Source of the DNA: Candidatus Melainabacteria bacterium 17Bon1m
GTDB lineage: Bacteria > Cyanobacteriota > Vampirovibrionia > Obscuribacterales > Obscuribacteraceae
DNA length: 64,000 bases
Assembly (NCBI GenBank): GCA_032128875.1
Contig: JAVLKG010000005.1
Coordinates: 480,001-544,000, forward strand
Direction of reading: 5' to 3'
Shown here: positions 49,166 to 58,822 of the stretch, piece after piece
Layout of the letters: each line of letters begins with the position of its first letter
How positions within the stretch are numbered: the first letter of the stretch is position 1
Notes under the pieces: generated by a model
Databases searched by the model: none
What the model was told of the DNA's origin: nothing
The model's input: only the letters and a program-made list of their open reading frames with translations
Made by a program: the position numbers and the translations under genes

Positions 49166-50281
49166 ATGGAGCCTGGCGGTAGCGAACCTGGCGGTTTTAA
49201 CAGCACTGGCGGACAAGACTTCGGTTACGTCAGTGATTTCGGCTTTGACCACGATCACCACGACGGTCATGGGGACCATGGCCATGGGGATCATGGTTTT
49301 GACCATTTCGGCGACGATCACGGCGGCGACCACGATCATGACCATGATCACGACCATGATTCCAGCCATCAGGGACACAATCAGGGACTAAAAGGGCTTA
49401 TTGCCAGACTGCTAGGTTTGGACCGAGATGCAGGAGCGCTCGGTGGCGGCGAAGCTGGTGGTGAAGCAGGGCATGGGCACGGTGCAGAGCCTGGCACGTC
49501 TCCGTCTCAATCGGTTATGTACAGTAATGCTGTTGCTGGAATCAGCCTCTCGGAAGCATTCCAGGGTATTCGAATAACTCCCAATTTCCTCTACTTGTGT
49601 CTTTTTGCAGGATTTACGTTTTGGTTGTTCGTTGTTTATTGGATCCGCCACAATGAGCCCTTGGCCAACCAAGTCTTGGGTACATACAGCTCCACTACGC
49701 GCCACGCTGTCGATGACAGGCGCCTCCTGAACAGCGTCAAGGACGCAATGCCATTTCGGACTTCATCAACGTTCGGCGATATCTACACCCCAAATGTGCC
49801 GCACGTGCCTGCCATCAAGCCTATCGATCAAGAGCTGATGATGAAGGCAAACAATGCCAAACCTTTACTGCAGCACTCGATGAGTGGCGCCGCGCCGCAG
49901 ACATTGCAGCAGCAACTCCTCAATACTGCAGCTCGCCAACCCTATGAAATGAGTGCTGCTACGTCGCGTTACGCAAATCAGTTTGTCAATCAAAGTGTCA
50001 ATCAAGCGCAGATGCAGGCCGGTTTTCCACAGGCGCCGCATCAGGGCTATCCTGCCCCATCGTATGCCGGCAGTTATCCAAATACGATTGCCACGGCGGG
50101 CTCGTATTACGCGATGCCCCAGCAACAGATGGTTGGACAACCTATTTATCCTGTTGCTCCGCAGCCGTTATTAACCGCGCCACACGGCATGGGTGAAGCT
50201 CAGCAGCAATTCGGTACTGCCGCGCAGATGCCGTACCAGAGCGGCATCCCTGCTCGTCAGCGAACAATGATCAATCGTTGA
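49166..50281 (+). CDS. His/Asp-rich single-pass membrane protein with Gln/Pro-rich tail
   Basis: HDHHDGHGDHGHGDH..DHDHDHDHDH tract; TM segment FLYLCLFAGFTFWLFVVYWI. Confidence 0.7.
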   Translation: MEPGGSEPGGFNSTGGQDFGYVSDFGFDHDHHDGHGDHGHGDHGFDHFGDDHGGDHDHDHDHDHDSSHQGHNQGLKGLIARLLGLDRDAGALGGGEAGGEAGHGHGAEPGTSPSQSVMYSNAVAGISLSEAFQGIRITPNFLYLCLFAGFTFWLFVVYWIRHNEPLANQVLGTYSSTTRHAVDDRRLLNSVKDAMPFRTSSTFGDIYTPNVPHVPAIKPIDQELMMKANNAKPLLQHSMSGAAPQTLQQQLLNTAARQPYEMSAATSRYANQFVNQSVNQAQMQAGFPQAPHQGYPAPSYAGSYPNTIATAGSYYAMPQQQMVGQPIYPVAPQPLLTAPHGMGEAQQQFGTAAQMPYQSGIPARQRTMINR

Positions 50282-50304
50282 TCGACTGTTTCTCTTCTGT
50301 CTTC

Positions 50305-51267
50305 TCAGTGCTCAGGTAAGTCGAAGTTTCTCTTTGCCAGAGCATCAAGTTCTTTCATTTCTATGTCCGTCAGTGGCTTTAATTCGGAAGCTCCCAGATT
50401 TTCCTCGGCTTCTTCGGGTGTCTTTATACCTGGAATTGTCACTGAGACTTCTTTGAGCGAAAGAACATATTTGATTGCCGCTTGTGTAAGCGTTCTGTTT
50501 TCCTTTTGTAGAAACTCCAGTCTTTTAGCCGCTTCTATGCGAGCCAATATGTAGTCGGGCGGCCAGGTTTGGCGAACATCGCCCTCTTCGAAAGTGACTT
50601 CCTTTATCTGGCCAAACTTGCCTGTAAGGAAACCGTTGGCGAGAGGTTCTCTCGCTATAACCGCACAACCAACGGCAAAGGCAGCTGGCAAGAGTGTTTC
50701 CAGCGGACGGCTATTGAAAATGTTGACCGGAATCTGAATGCAATCTGGTTGGCTTACCGCCAATGCGGTCATTCCTTCAATAGGATCACGTATAGAAATC
50801 CCCCAAGCTCGAATTTTTCCTTCGCGCTTGAGCTCTTGCAGGGTGTTATAGGTATTGTCCTTTTTCAAAAGGCGAATGGGCGGGTTGTGCAGCTGGTATA
50901 CGTCGACATAATCGGTCTGCAGCCTATCCAGGCTCTTCTCGAGCGCGAAGCGGATGTACTCGTCCGTAAACGTCTGAAACCCGCCACCCTGATAAAAGTC
51001 GCTTCCGACCTTGGTCGCGATTATCACTCGGTCGCGTTTGCTCTTTAAGGCCTTGCCTAAAAGGGTTTCACTGTGACCAAATCCATAGACATCGGCCGTA
51101 TCGAAAAAATTGCAGCCCAGGTCGAATGCTTTATTAATGGCATCCAAGGATACTTTGTCATCGGTAGAACCATAACTGTGGCCGTGTTCATTACCGCCAA
51201 TTCCCCAGCCACCGAAACCTATCTCGGAAACCTTTATGCCTGTATTGCCGAAATCTCTGTACTTCAT
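50305..51267 (-). CDS. Aldo/keto reductase
   Basis: VSEIGFGGWGIG, FFDTADVYGFGHSE, IATKVG, DVYQLHNP, PLANGFLTGK. Confidence 0.95.
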   Translation of the reverse strand: MKYRDFGNTGIKVSEIGFGGWGIGGNEHGHSYGSTDDKVSLDAINKAFDLGCNFFDTADVYGFGHSETLLGKALKSKRDRVIIATKVGSDFYQGGGFQTFTDEYIRFALEKSLDRLQTDYVDVYQLHNPPIRLLKKDNTYNTLQELKREGKIRAWGISIRDPIEGMTALAVSQPDCIQIPVNIFNSRPLETLLPAAFAVGCAVIAREPLANGFLTGKFGQIKEVTFEEGDVRQTWPPDYILARIEAAKRLEFLQKENRTLTQAAIKYVLSLKEVSVTIPGIKTPEEAEENLGASELKPLTDIEMKELDALAKRNFDLPEH

Positions 51268-51513
51268 GCAGAAATCTCTGTGCAGAAACAGGCATTTTGT
51301 TCAAATTGCGACGCAGTCTTTACGAAGTTTGTCATTTACATATTTAGTAACGCGGTAGGAAAAGGCTGATGAATAGACAATTTTGTATGATTTTTTCGCC
51401 TAAGCATCTTCACACAATAGCTTCATTATTCATGAATACTGTCACAAGTTCGAAGATCAGTGTATTACAATAGCCGATTGGCTGGCGGGAACTCTGGAGA
51501 CCGAAATTTACTG

Positions 51514-52506
51514 ATGGATGTTTATGACATAACCATAGTCGGCGGTGGTCCGACTGGCTTGTTTGGAACCTTCTACGCGGGTCTCCGTGGACTCAAGACG
51601 AAAGTTATCGATGTCTTGCCGGAGCTTGGCGGACAATTGACCGCGCTATATCCCGAGAAGTACGTTTATGACGTTGCGGGGCACCCCAAGATACTTGCCA
51701 AAGATTTGGCAAAGAACCTGGGCACTCAGTCGCAATTGTTCAAGCCCGCTCTCTGCCTCGGCGAGAAAGTGCTGAACATGCAAAAGATTGAAGGCGATAT
51801 TTGGCAGGTAACTACTGACAAGACCGCCGATCACTACACCAAAACAGTTTTACTGGCTCTAGGAGCCGGTGCTTGCGTACCGAAGAAATTGGATATCGAG
51901 TACGACCACAACCTGGAAGGTGATGGTATCTATTACGCGGTCAAAAACAAAGAAAAATTCCGCGACAAGAAAGTACTTATTGTAGGTGGCGGAGACTCAG
52001 CAGTAGACTGGGCTAACGAGTTTTCGCAGATTGCGAAAAACGTCACGTTGATCCACCGCCGCGATCAATTCCGTGCTGTGCAGACCTCTGTTGAGGAGAT
52101 GAAGCGCAACAAAATTGATATCAAGACGTTCTATGAGATGAAGGAAATCCAAGTCTCGAACGGCAAATTGGATAGCGCAGTCATTTTCGACAATCGCACC
52201 GGCAAAGAAGAACACCTGCAGGTGGATGCAATCCTTATCAATATCGGATTTGTCATCAACCTCGACTTCTTGAAAAGCTGGGGCATCAAGATGGAAGGCA
52301 ACGCGATAACCGTCAATGAAAAGATGGAAACGAATTTGCCGGGCGTCTATTCCGCAGGTGACATTGCCGCTCACACTGCCAAACTCAAACTGATTGCGAC
52401 TGGAGCAGCTGAAGCCGCAACGGCAGTCAACTTTGCAGTTACATTCATCAATCCATCTGCAAAAGTATTCCCGGGACACAGCTCCAACCTCAACCTTTCT
52501 ATCTAA
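51514..52506 (+). CDS. Ferredoxin--NADP(+) reductase (TrxB-like, YumC type)
   Basis: GGGPTGLF, GGQLTALYPEKYVYDVAG, GGGDSAVDWA, HRRDQFRA, C-terminal PGHSS; no CxxC. Confidence 0.9.
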   Translation: MDVYDITIVGGGPTGLFGTFYAGLRGLKTKVIDVLPELGGQLTALYPEKYVYDVAGHPKILAKDLAKNLGTQSQLFKPALCLGEKVLNMQKIEGDIWQVTTDKTADHYTKTVLLALGAGACVPKKLDIEYDHNLEGDGIYYAVKNKEKFRDKKVLIVGGGDSAVDWANEFSQIAKNVTLIHRRDQFRAVQTSVEEMKRNKIDIKTFYEMKEIQVSNGKLDSAVIFDNRTGKEEHLQVDAILINIGFVINLDFLKSWGIKMEGNAITVNEKMETNLPGVYSAGDIAAHTAKLKLIATGAAEAATAVNFAVTFINPSAKVFPGHSSNLNLSI

Positions 52507-52737
52507 ACCAGGTACAGGTTTCGCTGGCAGTTCATTTGATGTTTCCGTTCTGCGGAAAGTCGAGTTTTTAGCTGATTATATAGATCGTCTGGTTTTACCC
52601 GCTCTTCCAGGGTGGGCGAGTTTTTTGCGACTATTGGCGTGCAGCGACCAATGTTTGCCCGAGTTTTCGGTTGTTCAGAAATAACAATGAGATTTTTGCT
52701 GAAGTTAGTCCTTTGGCGCTGCGGTTGGGGATGCCGT

Positions 52738-52803
52738 ACGCTAAATGTTGTATGGGCGGCTGGGTGCTACGCTATATGTGGTGCCATACAAATGTAGTAT
52801 AAT
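52738..52803 (+). promoter_or_regulatory. Tandem NrdR boxes and -10 element upstream of nrdJ
   Basis: ACGCTAAATGTTGTAT (52738) and ACGCTATATGTGGTGC (52769), 31 bp apart, match the NrdR consensus acaCwAtATaTwGtg; TATAAT at 52798-52803. Confidence 0.8.
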
Positions 52804-52883
52804 GTTCTATACGCCAGCGGTTGAGAGTGAAGGTCGGGCGATTAGCGCAAGACCAAAATCAGGGGGCGAATTGGAGGGGCCGA

Positions 52884-54959
52884 ATGTTTTCAGAAAATGC
52901 CCTTAAGGTTCTTGAAAAACGCTACTTGCTGCGCGATGAGCACGGCAATTTGAAAGAGACGCCTGAACAATTGTTCAGAAGAGTAGCCAATGCTGTTGCT
53001 TCCGCTGAAAAAGAATGGGGAAAGTCTGCTGCTGAAATAGAGCAGTTGGCCGAGCGCTTTTTCCAATCTATGTATAGCTGCGCTTTTATGCCGAATTCGC
53101 CGACTCTCATGAATGCCGGCAAAGTCGGCGGTCAATTGTCAGCTTGTTTTGTCCTGCCCGTGCCGGATTCGCTAGAAGGTATTTTTGATACTTGTAAGAA
53201 TGCTGCACTTATTCATAAGACAGGCGGCGGTACGGGATTTTCTTTTAGTCGTTTGCGTCCGGCTAATGATCGTGTTGCATCCTCTACCGGTGTAGCTTCC
53301 GGACCTGTCAGTTTCATGACCGTTTACGATGCAGCTACTGAGGCTATTCGTCAAGGTGGTACCAGGCGTGGTGCCAATATGGGTATGCTCAGAGTTGATC
53401 ACCCGGACATTGAAGCATTTATCTCGTGCAAGCAAGATACAGACAGACTCAATAATTTCAATATCTCTGTAGCAGCGACGGACAAATTTATGGAGGCTGT
53501 CGAAAAGGATGAGGAATTTGATCTTATCCATCCTAGCTCGAAGAAAAAGGTGCGCTCTTTGAAGGCCGCCGAGCTGTTTGCAAAAATCGTTGAGAATGCG
53601 CACAGCACAGGCGAGCCAGGTCTTATTTTTATTGACCGAATTAACAGCACCGATCCTGTCGAAGAAGCTTATGACGATAAAGGAATGGCCATTCCCGGAA
53701 CCGAAGAGATTGAAGCAACAAACCCCTGTGGTGAACAGCCTCTTGGACCTGGTGATGCATGCAATCTGGCATCGATTAATCTGGCTAAATTTGTCGATCG
53801 CAAGAAAAAGGATTTCGATTATCCTCGATTGAAAGAGCAGATTGAGCTATCTGTCCGCTTCTTAGACGATGTGATTTCAGCCAATAGTTATCCGCTTAAG
53901 TTTATCGAAGAGGCGACCCTCAATAATCGTCGTATTGGCCTGGGTATCATGGGATGGGCAGAGGCTCTGATACTCATGGGAATCGTCTACGGAGAAAAAG
54001 CTTCGGAGGTAAAAGCTGATCAGTTGATGCGCTTCATGAATGATACCGCCCATGATGCATCTGAGAAGCTCGCTGCCGAAAGAGGAGTGTTTCCCAATTG
54101 GCAGTACAGTCGCTGGAAATCAATCAATCGGCCGATGCGGAATGCAACAGTTACTACCATTGCGCCAACGGGTACGATATCAATTATTGCTGGTACCACA
54201 TCCGGTATTGAGCCTCTGTTTGCTGTTTGTTATATCCGGCGTGTAATGGAAGGTACCGAGCTGGTTGAAGTCAATCCTCTCTTCGAAGAGATTGCTCGTG
54301 AAAGAGGTTTTTACTCAGAAGAGTTGATGCAAGAGATTGCGCAAAGCGGCATCGTGTCCAGCAACCACTCAGTTCCTGATGATATCCGCCGCCTTTTCGT
54401 TTGCTCGCATGACATATCTTATGCCGAACATGTTCGCATGCAGGTCGCGTTTCAAAAACACACAGACAACGCTGTCTCGAAAACTATCAACTTCCGTGAA
54501 AGCGCGACGGTTGAGGAAGTTAGAGAAGCATATCTTTCTGCCTGGAAAGATGGTTTGAAGGGGATAACCGTATATCGCGACAACTCCAGACCGCGTCAGG
54601 TCTTGAACATTGCTTCAACAAGAAAGTCAGGCTCAGGAGTCAGGCGGGGAGAATGCTGCGATTCTCCAGAGGATGAAACCAGCAACGACACCTGTCGACT
54701 GGTGGACGACTCTACTGCACCTGCTTGCACTGCCGGCGTTCAGAGCGTCGGTGTTCGGGCGGCAACGACCAGTCGACCACTGAAGCGCTACTTCTTTATG
54801 GATTCATCTCAAGAGTCTCAGTTGTTCAATAAGTCTAATGATCGACAAAGGGCTATATCTTCGATATCGGATTGCCCGGAATGTGGCTATGGAAGTGGAT
54901 TTGTTGCACGTCAAGAGAGCTGCAGTCTCTGCTTCTCCTGCGGTTATACTATGTGCTGA
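52884..54959 (+). CDS. nrdJ: Class II (adenosylcobalamin-dependent) ribonucleotide reductase
   Basis: FMPNSPTLMNAG, QLSACFV, GGGTGFSFS, TNPCGEQPL, ACNLASINL, TIAPTGTIS, GLKGITVYRD, C-terminal CPECG..CFSCG; no NrdB partner. Confidence 0.92.
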   Translation: MFSENALKVLEKRYLLRDEHGNLKETPEQLFRRVANAVASAEKEWGKSAAEIEQLAERFFQSMYSCAFMPNSPTLMNAGKVGGQLSACFVLPVPDSLEGIFDTCKNAALIHKTGGGTGFSFSRLRPANDRVASSTGVASGPVSFMTVYDAATEAIRQGGTRRGANMGMLRVDHPDIEAFISCKQDTDRLNNFNISVAATDKFMEAVEKDEEFDLIHPSSKKKVRSLKAAELFAKIVENAHSTGEPGLIFIDRINSTDPVEEAYDDKGMAIPGTEEIEATNPCGEQPLGPGDACNLASINLAKFVDRKKKDFDYPRLKEQIELSVRFLDDVISANSYPLKFIEEATLNNRRIGLGIMGWAEALILMGIVYGEKASEVKADQLMRFMNDTAHDASEKLAAERGVFPNWQYSRWKSINRPMRNATVTTIAPTGTISIIAGTTSGIEPLFAVCYIRRVMEGTELVEVNPLFEEIARERGFYSEELMQEIAQSGIVSSNHSVPDDIRRLFVCSHDISYAEHVRMQVAFQKHTDNAVSKTINFRESATVEEVREAYLSAWKDGLKGITVYRDNSRPRQVLNIASTRKSGSGVRRGECCDSPEDETSNDTCRLVDDSTAPACTAGVQSVGVRAATTSRPLKRYFFMDSSQESQLFNKSNDRQRAISSISDCPECGYGSGFVARQESCSLCFSCGYTMC

Positions 54960-55026
54960 ATAGGCCTGACTGTTGTGAAAGCAGATTTTGCGCCGAGGAT
55001 TACAAAAGCAAGTGATGAGGGATCGG

Positions 55027-55605
55027 ATGATGTCTATCCTGGTTGATCATGAGATTAAGCAAGAAGTAGAGGAAGGAAAGCTCATTATCGAGCCATATTC
55101 CGAAGCGCTCATTCAGCCGAATTCTTATGATGTCCGTCTGGCTGACAAGTTCTCGTGGCACGAAGCTGCCGACCAGATTATTGATCCGTACGATTCGGAG
55201 ACTGTTCTTAACGGATTGGTTCATGTGACCGACGATGACATTGTCATCCAGCCACAGCAATTTATCCTTGGCGCCACGCTGGAAGCTTTCTGCTTGCCTG
55301 ACGACATAGTTGGGCAATTGACAGGCAAATCCAGCCTCGCTCGCCTGGGCGTGATGGTCCACGTCACCGCCGGCTTCATTGATGCCGGATTCAGCCATCC
55401 TCCGGCGCAAATCACTCTGGAGATCGTCAACGTTGGCAATCGTCCCGTTCGTTTGCATGCCGGAATGTCAATTGCGCAAATGGTCTTCACCCGCACGGCC
55501 GTCTGCAATACGCCGTACCACCGCAAACCCAATGCCAAATACAACGGACAACCAGCGGCAGCTCACAGCCGGTATTACTTAAACAACACAGCGGCCTCTA
55601 AGTAA
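55027..55605 (+). CDS. dcd: dCTP deaminase
   Basis: IQPNSYDVRL, GKSSLARLG, TAGFIDAGF, ITLEIVN, KYNGQ. Confidence 0.93.
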   Translation: MMSILVDHEIKQEVEEGKLIIEPYSEALIQPNSYDVRLADKFSWHEAADQIIDPYDSETVLNGLVHVTDDDIVIQPQQFILGATLEAFCLPDDIVGQLTGKSSLARLGVMVHVTAGFIDAGFSHPPAQITLEIVNVGNRPVRLHAGMSIAQMVFTRTAVCNTPYHRKPNAKYNGQPAAAHSRYYLNNTAASK

Positions 55606-55626
55606 GCTCGCTCGATTTTCCAACCG

Positions 55627-55671
55627 AAAATGGCCCCGGTGACGATTTTTCATCACCGGGGATTGCATTTT
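55627..55671 (+). terminator. Stem-loop after dcd (probable terminator)
   Basis: CCCCGGTGA...TCACCGGGG stem flanked by AAAATG/CATTTT. Confidence 0.6.
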
Positions 55672-55916
55672 GAGGCTCGAAATTTATCTGAAAATGAGCT
55701 CCAAAGAATTTATTTCTCCTATCCGAACGGTCGTGCCAGTCGGGGTTTTGAATCTTGATTAGCGAATGTTAATGTGGTGATGGGAATCTTCCCATGCCCC
55801 AGGGGATTACACGCATTGTTCCGGCGGTGAGCCGCCTCTAATATGTCTGCAGTGAACGGGCGAGCCGAGTCGCCCCCCCAGCGCAAGATTTGGAGAGATT
55901 TCTGGAGGTTTCCCAC

Positions 55917-58793
55917 ATGGGTGGCGGACTTGAGTTTAACCCCTACGAACTGCAGCCCTCTGCAGGACAAGACGATGCGACGACGCAAGCTCGGAATGCG
56001 GCATTGCAAGCGGATGCCAATGCGCAACCAAACGAAATCCAGCGAGCTCAGTACCAAGCGGGTCAAGTAGAGAAGCCTTATGGCACTCCCAACAACGGAC
56101 AGTGGAGATCTACTTACGGCGGCGACGTTCAACAAACTTACAATCAAGGCAGACAAGAACAACCACGCACTACCACTGCCAACAACGGCCAGTGGAGATC
56201 GACGTATGGCGGCGACGTAGGTACGACTTACAGACCTGGCACGCAACAAGATCAAACACAACAGACACAGGGTCAATGGAGAAAACCATATGGCGCTGAT
56301 TCGCCGCTTGTAGTACCGCCTAACGGCAATCAACAAAGACCTCCGGAGCAACAGCAGCGTCCAGTTCAGCCTGGTGGAAACAACGGTGGCGAAGTAGATC
56401 CTTTGACGGGTCAGCCTCTCAGAAGACCAGGACAAGTTCAAGGCAATCCATGGGACAGACCAACTAATGTTCCTGGGCAACAGACGGCACAGCCCGGTGA
56501 CGGACGTCAGCAAAACTTGACTCCGCAACAAATGGATATCGCGCAGAAGCGCAAAATTGTTGACCAAGCTCTCGACTACAACACAGTCGGCTGGGGCGGC
56601 AACCTGGTTGCAGGTGGCGCCGGCGGTATTCTTGGTCGTCACACTGTGCCGTGGATCATGGATAAGGTCGGCAGCACGGTTAAATTAGATGCCAAAGCCG
56701 AGCCAACCAATTTTAGAGAAAGAGTAGTTCGTTACTGGCAAGACAATCACGATCCAGCTCGCTGGAACAGAGCTGATCTGGAATTCGCCAGAAAATCGCT
56801 TGATGGCGCGGAAGGTTTGGCCTCCCGCATGAAGGAGTTTCACGGACCTACCGTTGAGGCGTTGGAGACAGCTACCGAAAGAGCCAAGTTGATGGAGCCC
56901 TTCACCAAGGCCTCGTCAGTCGGCAACAAGACAGCGATTGCGGAAGCTCTCGAAACTGTTAAAGGTGCAAATGGTGCCGGTACCAAGCCGTTCTTCACAG
57001 CAGCCGAAATGGAATTGCTCGAAGAAACCGTCAAGAGCGGCAAAGTTCAAACCGGAGTCGTCGACGCATTCAATGCTAACTCTGCAGTTCAGCAAGCAGC
57101 AAAACTGCGTCATGACACATTCCAATTCCTTGCTGATTCGAAGAATCCGATCTCTGCTGCCAGTGAAGCTGTACCGTCAAGATTGCGCACCGTTACGGAT
57201 GCAATCAATGCTCAGAAAGGTTTGACAGATGCTGGTGGAAAAGGTCTCTTCACCTCTGCCGAAATGACCGCTCTGCAAGAGTATCAAACAGCCGCGAAAG
57301 CTGCTGCAGTCAATGTCGCCGACGTAACTGCAATGAGCAAGTTCAAAGAAACTGCTGGCAGATATGGCTCGAGCTTCATCAAAGGTGCCGGTATCGCAGG
57401 CACCATCATGATTGCCGATCACTATGCCGACAAGTGGCTCTTCAATAAGAACCATGGAAACGGAATTGGCGACAGCATCAACTCAATTCTCGTTCCTGCA
57501 GCATTCCTTGCCGGACCGAAGAAGACTCTTCCATTGATCGCCACTAGCGTTGGAGCGCTCCTTGTCGGTAAGACAATCGGTGCGTCTTTGCCTGAAGGCG
57601 AACAAGCAAAATACAGCCGTTACTTCCGTCAGAGCACGGGTGAATCACTCCTGCTCGGTGCTGAATTCTTGCTGCCGATGAAGGCTGCAACTGAATCGGG
57701 TCTAAACTGGAAGCGCGGTGCGCTCATGGCCGGCACTTGGGCTGCGTTTAGACTCAAGAACGCAATTCTGGATCCTGCACCGCAATCTGACACTAGAGAC
57801 GAAGCATTCAAACTACTGGGCGAAGACGCGAAGCGTCGCACCGATGGCTCGATGATGGATGCCATCAACAAGTTCGGCGCCCTGGGCGCAGGCGATGAGT
57901 CAAGCGGCATCATGGCTTGGACCAATGTCTTCAAAGAGGGCAATGGCAAAACCAAAGGTGCAAGAGGCGAAGCTGCACTTCAGGTCTATCGCACAGAGTG
58001 GCTGACCAAGCCAACCAATCAGTTCGGCAGCATGCTCGAAGCCAATCGCGGCGCAGCAATTTTGACCACTGCATTTGCTGAGTCACGTCTTGCTCACGGA
58101 ACTCACGTGCCGACCATCACCGATACACCTACCTATTTATTGGAAGGCAAGAATATCGACTTGGGTGGTAAGGCTGCTAGAGACTTGATCATTGCTCGAA
58201 TCAACCTGGAAAACGCTAAGAAGCAAGTTCAAGACAATCTTGGCAAAGAAATTGCCGGCAAGAAAGTCGAACAATCTGAAATCACCGATATCGACAACGT
58301 TAAGAAACGCGTTGAAGCTAGCGAAGCGAAGATATACGGCGAACACGATATGGCCGGAGCGGTTAAGGAATTGGCACATTGGGGAGAAGGTCTGAATGCA
58401 ACGCACATGGCAAAAATCGAAGTCGATCTCAGAAACACCATTGCTGCAAATCAGAATTCCACAGATAGCCGCTACAAAGCCAAGCTCTATCGTGACCTTG
58501 CAACTATCTATCTGTCCGGCGCCTACGCCAAACAAGATGGTGACCCGCAATCCGCAGCCAAACTGCTCGGTGGAGATACATACACTGGCCGTCAGGCACT
58601 AGATATGACCGGTCAGCAACGTGGTTTCGACGGTGCGCTTGATTGCATCTCTCGTGCATATCAGTTGGATCCCAACAATCCAGACGTTCAACAACTGTAT
58701 AAAGTCGCTCAGCAAATCAATGCTAAGTTGCCCGGCAACATTCAAAAGCAAATGAACGACGGCAAGTACAACCCACTGCAAATCCGCCAATAA
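55917..58793 (+). CDS. Large hypothetical protein with Gln/Gly-rich repeats and hydrophobic Gly/Ala-rich helices
   Basis: 958-aa ORF from ATG at 55917 with GGAGG RBS. Confidence 0.8.
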   Translation: MGGGLEFNPYELQPSAGQDDATTQARNAALQADANAQPNEIQRAQYQAGQVEKPYGTPNNGQWRSTYGGDVQQTYNQGRQEQPRTTTANNGQWRSTYGGDVGTTYRPGTQQDQTQQTQGQWRKPYGADSPLVVPPNGNQQRPPEQQQRPVQPGGNNGGEVDPLTGQPLRRPGQVQGNPWDRPTNVPGQQTAQPGDGRQQNLTPQQMDIAQKRKIVDQALDYNTVGWGGNLVAGGAGGILGRHTVPWIMDKVGSTVKLDAKAEPTNFRERVVRYWQDNHDPARWNRADLEFARKSLDGAEGLASRMKEFHGPTVEALETATERAKLMEPFTKASSVGNKTAIAEALETVKGANGAGTKPFFTAAEMELLEETVKSGKVQTGVVDAFNANSAVQQAAKLRHDTFQFLADSKNPISAASEAVPSRLRTVTDAINAQKGLTDAGGKGLFTSAEMTALQEYQTAAKAAAVNVADVTAMSKFKETAGRYGSSFIKGAGIAGTIMIADHYADKWLFNKNHGNGIGDSINSILVPAAFLAGPKKTLPLIATSVGALLVGKTIGASLPEGEQAKYSRYFRQSTGESLLLGAEFLLPMKAATESGLNWKRGALMAGTWAAFRLKNAILDPAPQSDTRDEAFKLLGEDAKRRTDGSMMDAINKFGALGAGDESSGIMAWTNVFKEGNGKTKGARGEAALQVYRTEWLTKPTNQFGSMLEANRGAAILTTAFAESRLAHGTHVPTITDTPTYLLEGKNIDLGGKAARDLIIARINLENAKKQVQDNLGKEIAGKKVEQSEITDIDNVKKRVEASEAKIYGEHDMAGAVKELAHWGEGLNATHMAKIEVDLRNTIAANQNSTDSRYKAKLYRDLATIYLSGAYAKQDGDPQSAAKLLGGDTYTGRQALDMTGQQRGFDGALDCISRAYQLDPNNPDVQQLYKVAQQINAKLPGNIQKQMNDGKYNPLQIRQ
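56091..56232 (+). repeat. Intragenic direct repeat encoding NNGQWRSTYGGDV x2 (90-bp period)
   Basis: aacaacgg.cagtggagatc..ac.ta.ggcggcgacgt at 56091 and 56181. Confidence 0.9.
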
Positions 58794-58822
58794 GCCAGTT
58801 TTCAGTGGACTCTCAATCAAAA

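Noticed and set aside
49082-49391. Alternative-frame ORFs 49082..49378 (-) and 49116..49391 (+) rich in Met/Val/Thr
   Set aside because: They are shadows of the His/Asp hexamer repeat in the 49166 gene
51427-51438. Perfect palindrome TATTCATGAATA between the divergent AKR and FNR genes
   Set aside because: Short, AT-rich and single; cannot be assigned to a regulator or separated from chance
52507-52883. Cobalamin riboswitch upstream of nrdJ
   Set aside because: No recognisable B12-box or conserved core; the region is explained by NrdR boxes
56061-56294. Spaced direct repeats as a possible CRISPR array
   Set aside because: Only two close copies, differing at synonymous positions and in frame within a CDS; no cas genes
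55719-56642. 307-aa minus-strand ORF
   Set aside because: Antisense to the repeat-rich 55917 gene, which has a clear RBS; no motifs
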